Below, one piece after another: positions 62,681 to 64,000 of a stretch of 64,000 bases of DNA (positions are counted from its first letter, which is position 1; each line of letters begins with the position of its first letter). This DNA comes from Chrysemys picta bellii (lineage: Eukaryota): contig NC_088791.1 in assembly GCF_011386835.1 (NCBI RefSeq), forward strand, positions 191,332,001 to 191,396,000, in the 5' to 3' direction. Both the position numbers and the translations under genes were made by a program. Under the pieces are notes generated by a model. The model ran no database searches and was not told where the DNA came from. It worked only from the letters and a program-made list of their open reading frames with translations.

Positions 62681-64000
62681 AAAGACCACATTCCTCACAA
62701 CCACATGCAGGATTCTTTATACTGGACTGCTCCTCAAAGTCTCACAGCTCTGTGGTAATTCTGGATCCTGACCTCTTCCCTAGGAGGGACTCTGAGTCAG
62801 TTCCCTTCGTTTGGTGAGAAAGTAAAGCCAGGAATGGAAGATGACAGGGAGAGCTTTGTCCTGAAAGGAAATAATTAAGTAACAAGTTTACTACTATGTC
62901 TGCTTCTGAGTTTTTGGAATATGGTTCTCCTAACTCCATTGAGGACTGTTTGGGACCTTAGTAGGGATTCAAATGTCACCCTGTGAAAGTTACCTCTTGC
63001 TCTGTTGTACAGTAAACGTTGGTAGTTGGCATTCATAGAAAATTTCAAGACTGTTAATTGAGAAGCTCACTCTTGTTGCTGAAGAAAGTATAAAGTTGGA
63101 CTGGGATGCTCTTTCCTGTTTCAAATCAATGATGGTATTCAAGTGCAAGATGAGTTCCCCGTAATTCCTTGTCATTAGCATACACTGGTCAGAGGCCCAT
63201 GATGGACAATATTTGGTCCTGGATCAGTGATATGATTTATAGAACCCCGCAATGCTCTAAATAATGGCCAGAAGTCAATGGAAATCTGCCAATTCATATT
63301 TTTAGGTGCACATGGGATTTTATTCTTGCCATGACAAATTTTGGGGAGAAATAATTTAGTTATATTTTTGAAAAGTTTTAGTAGGTTTCCTGTTCCCCCT
63401 TGAGTGCCTAACCAGCCTTCACCCTTCAACTCCTTGTTACAAGATTGAAGGAAGTGTTCCTTTCTTCCCCAGTAAGATAGTGTAAAAAACCACAAAACAT
63501 TCAGGAAGGCCTTTGTAGCTGCAGATTGAGGGTTGACAGTGATGTACTAGAAATGTGTGCTGCTGAGTTTCATAAGGCCAGTCTCGGACTCTCATTTACA
63601 CATCAGAATTTTAACAAATTAACGTGACTGTTGTGAAAAATCTGTATCAATAAGACTCTACCACCTCTCAAGCATTGGATGTGAGCAAGTAAAGGAGGCA
63701 TATGATTGTGACTTGTTCTGGCAGAAAGAGATTAGCCCATGCAGGCTTATTTTGCAGGCTGGCCCTTTAAACCTATTGCTCCCAGATCTTTTTTCCCCTA
63801 ATGCAAAATTTCAACTATTTTTGAGAGCGGTCCATGTTCTACCAGTAGATGGATGTGTGTGGCCAGTTAAGAAAGCATATACCCTATGCAAGCTCCTCAA
63901 GGCATGGACCGTGTCTTGTATGCTTTCAGTACTTTATAAATGAAAGGTATATCAAGTAATGATACTGAGCAATATTCTTCGCTGGAACACAGCTATTTGG

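Overview
Eukaryotic genomic DNA, not prokaryotic. The repeat families present (DIRS, Harbinger MITEs, Penelope, CR1, hAT MITEs, LF-SINE) suggest a reptile, most likely a turtle; this is an inference. The window holds the central part of ITSN1 (intersectin-1) on the + strand. I located 13 coding exons by hand, all with AG/GT boundaries and consistent phases. They run from the end of the coiled-coil region through SH3A-SH3E and include a 15-nt microexon (VKREW) that the ORF track misses. After a 236-N gap comes what appears to be the 3' UTR of the short isoform. The introns are dense with transposons: a structurally complete but frameshifted DIRS element (7.5-13.6 kb) and an older DIRS (33.3-40.0 kb) packed with nested insertions. 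There are also Harbinger elements and MITEs, Penelope-like elements, hAT and Tigger MITEs, CR1 and two LF-SINE-like relics. Most ORF-track entries are TE fragments or chance ORFs. The most notable signals are minimal hammerhead-ribozyme motifs in Penelope tails on the ITSN1 sense strand, one inside a 174-bp near-perfect palindrome; the microexon; and an inverted DIRS fragment with a chimeric terminus. I found nothing I can confidently call a wholly new system. No searches or folding were run; comparisons with human sequence and repeat consensuses are from memory.
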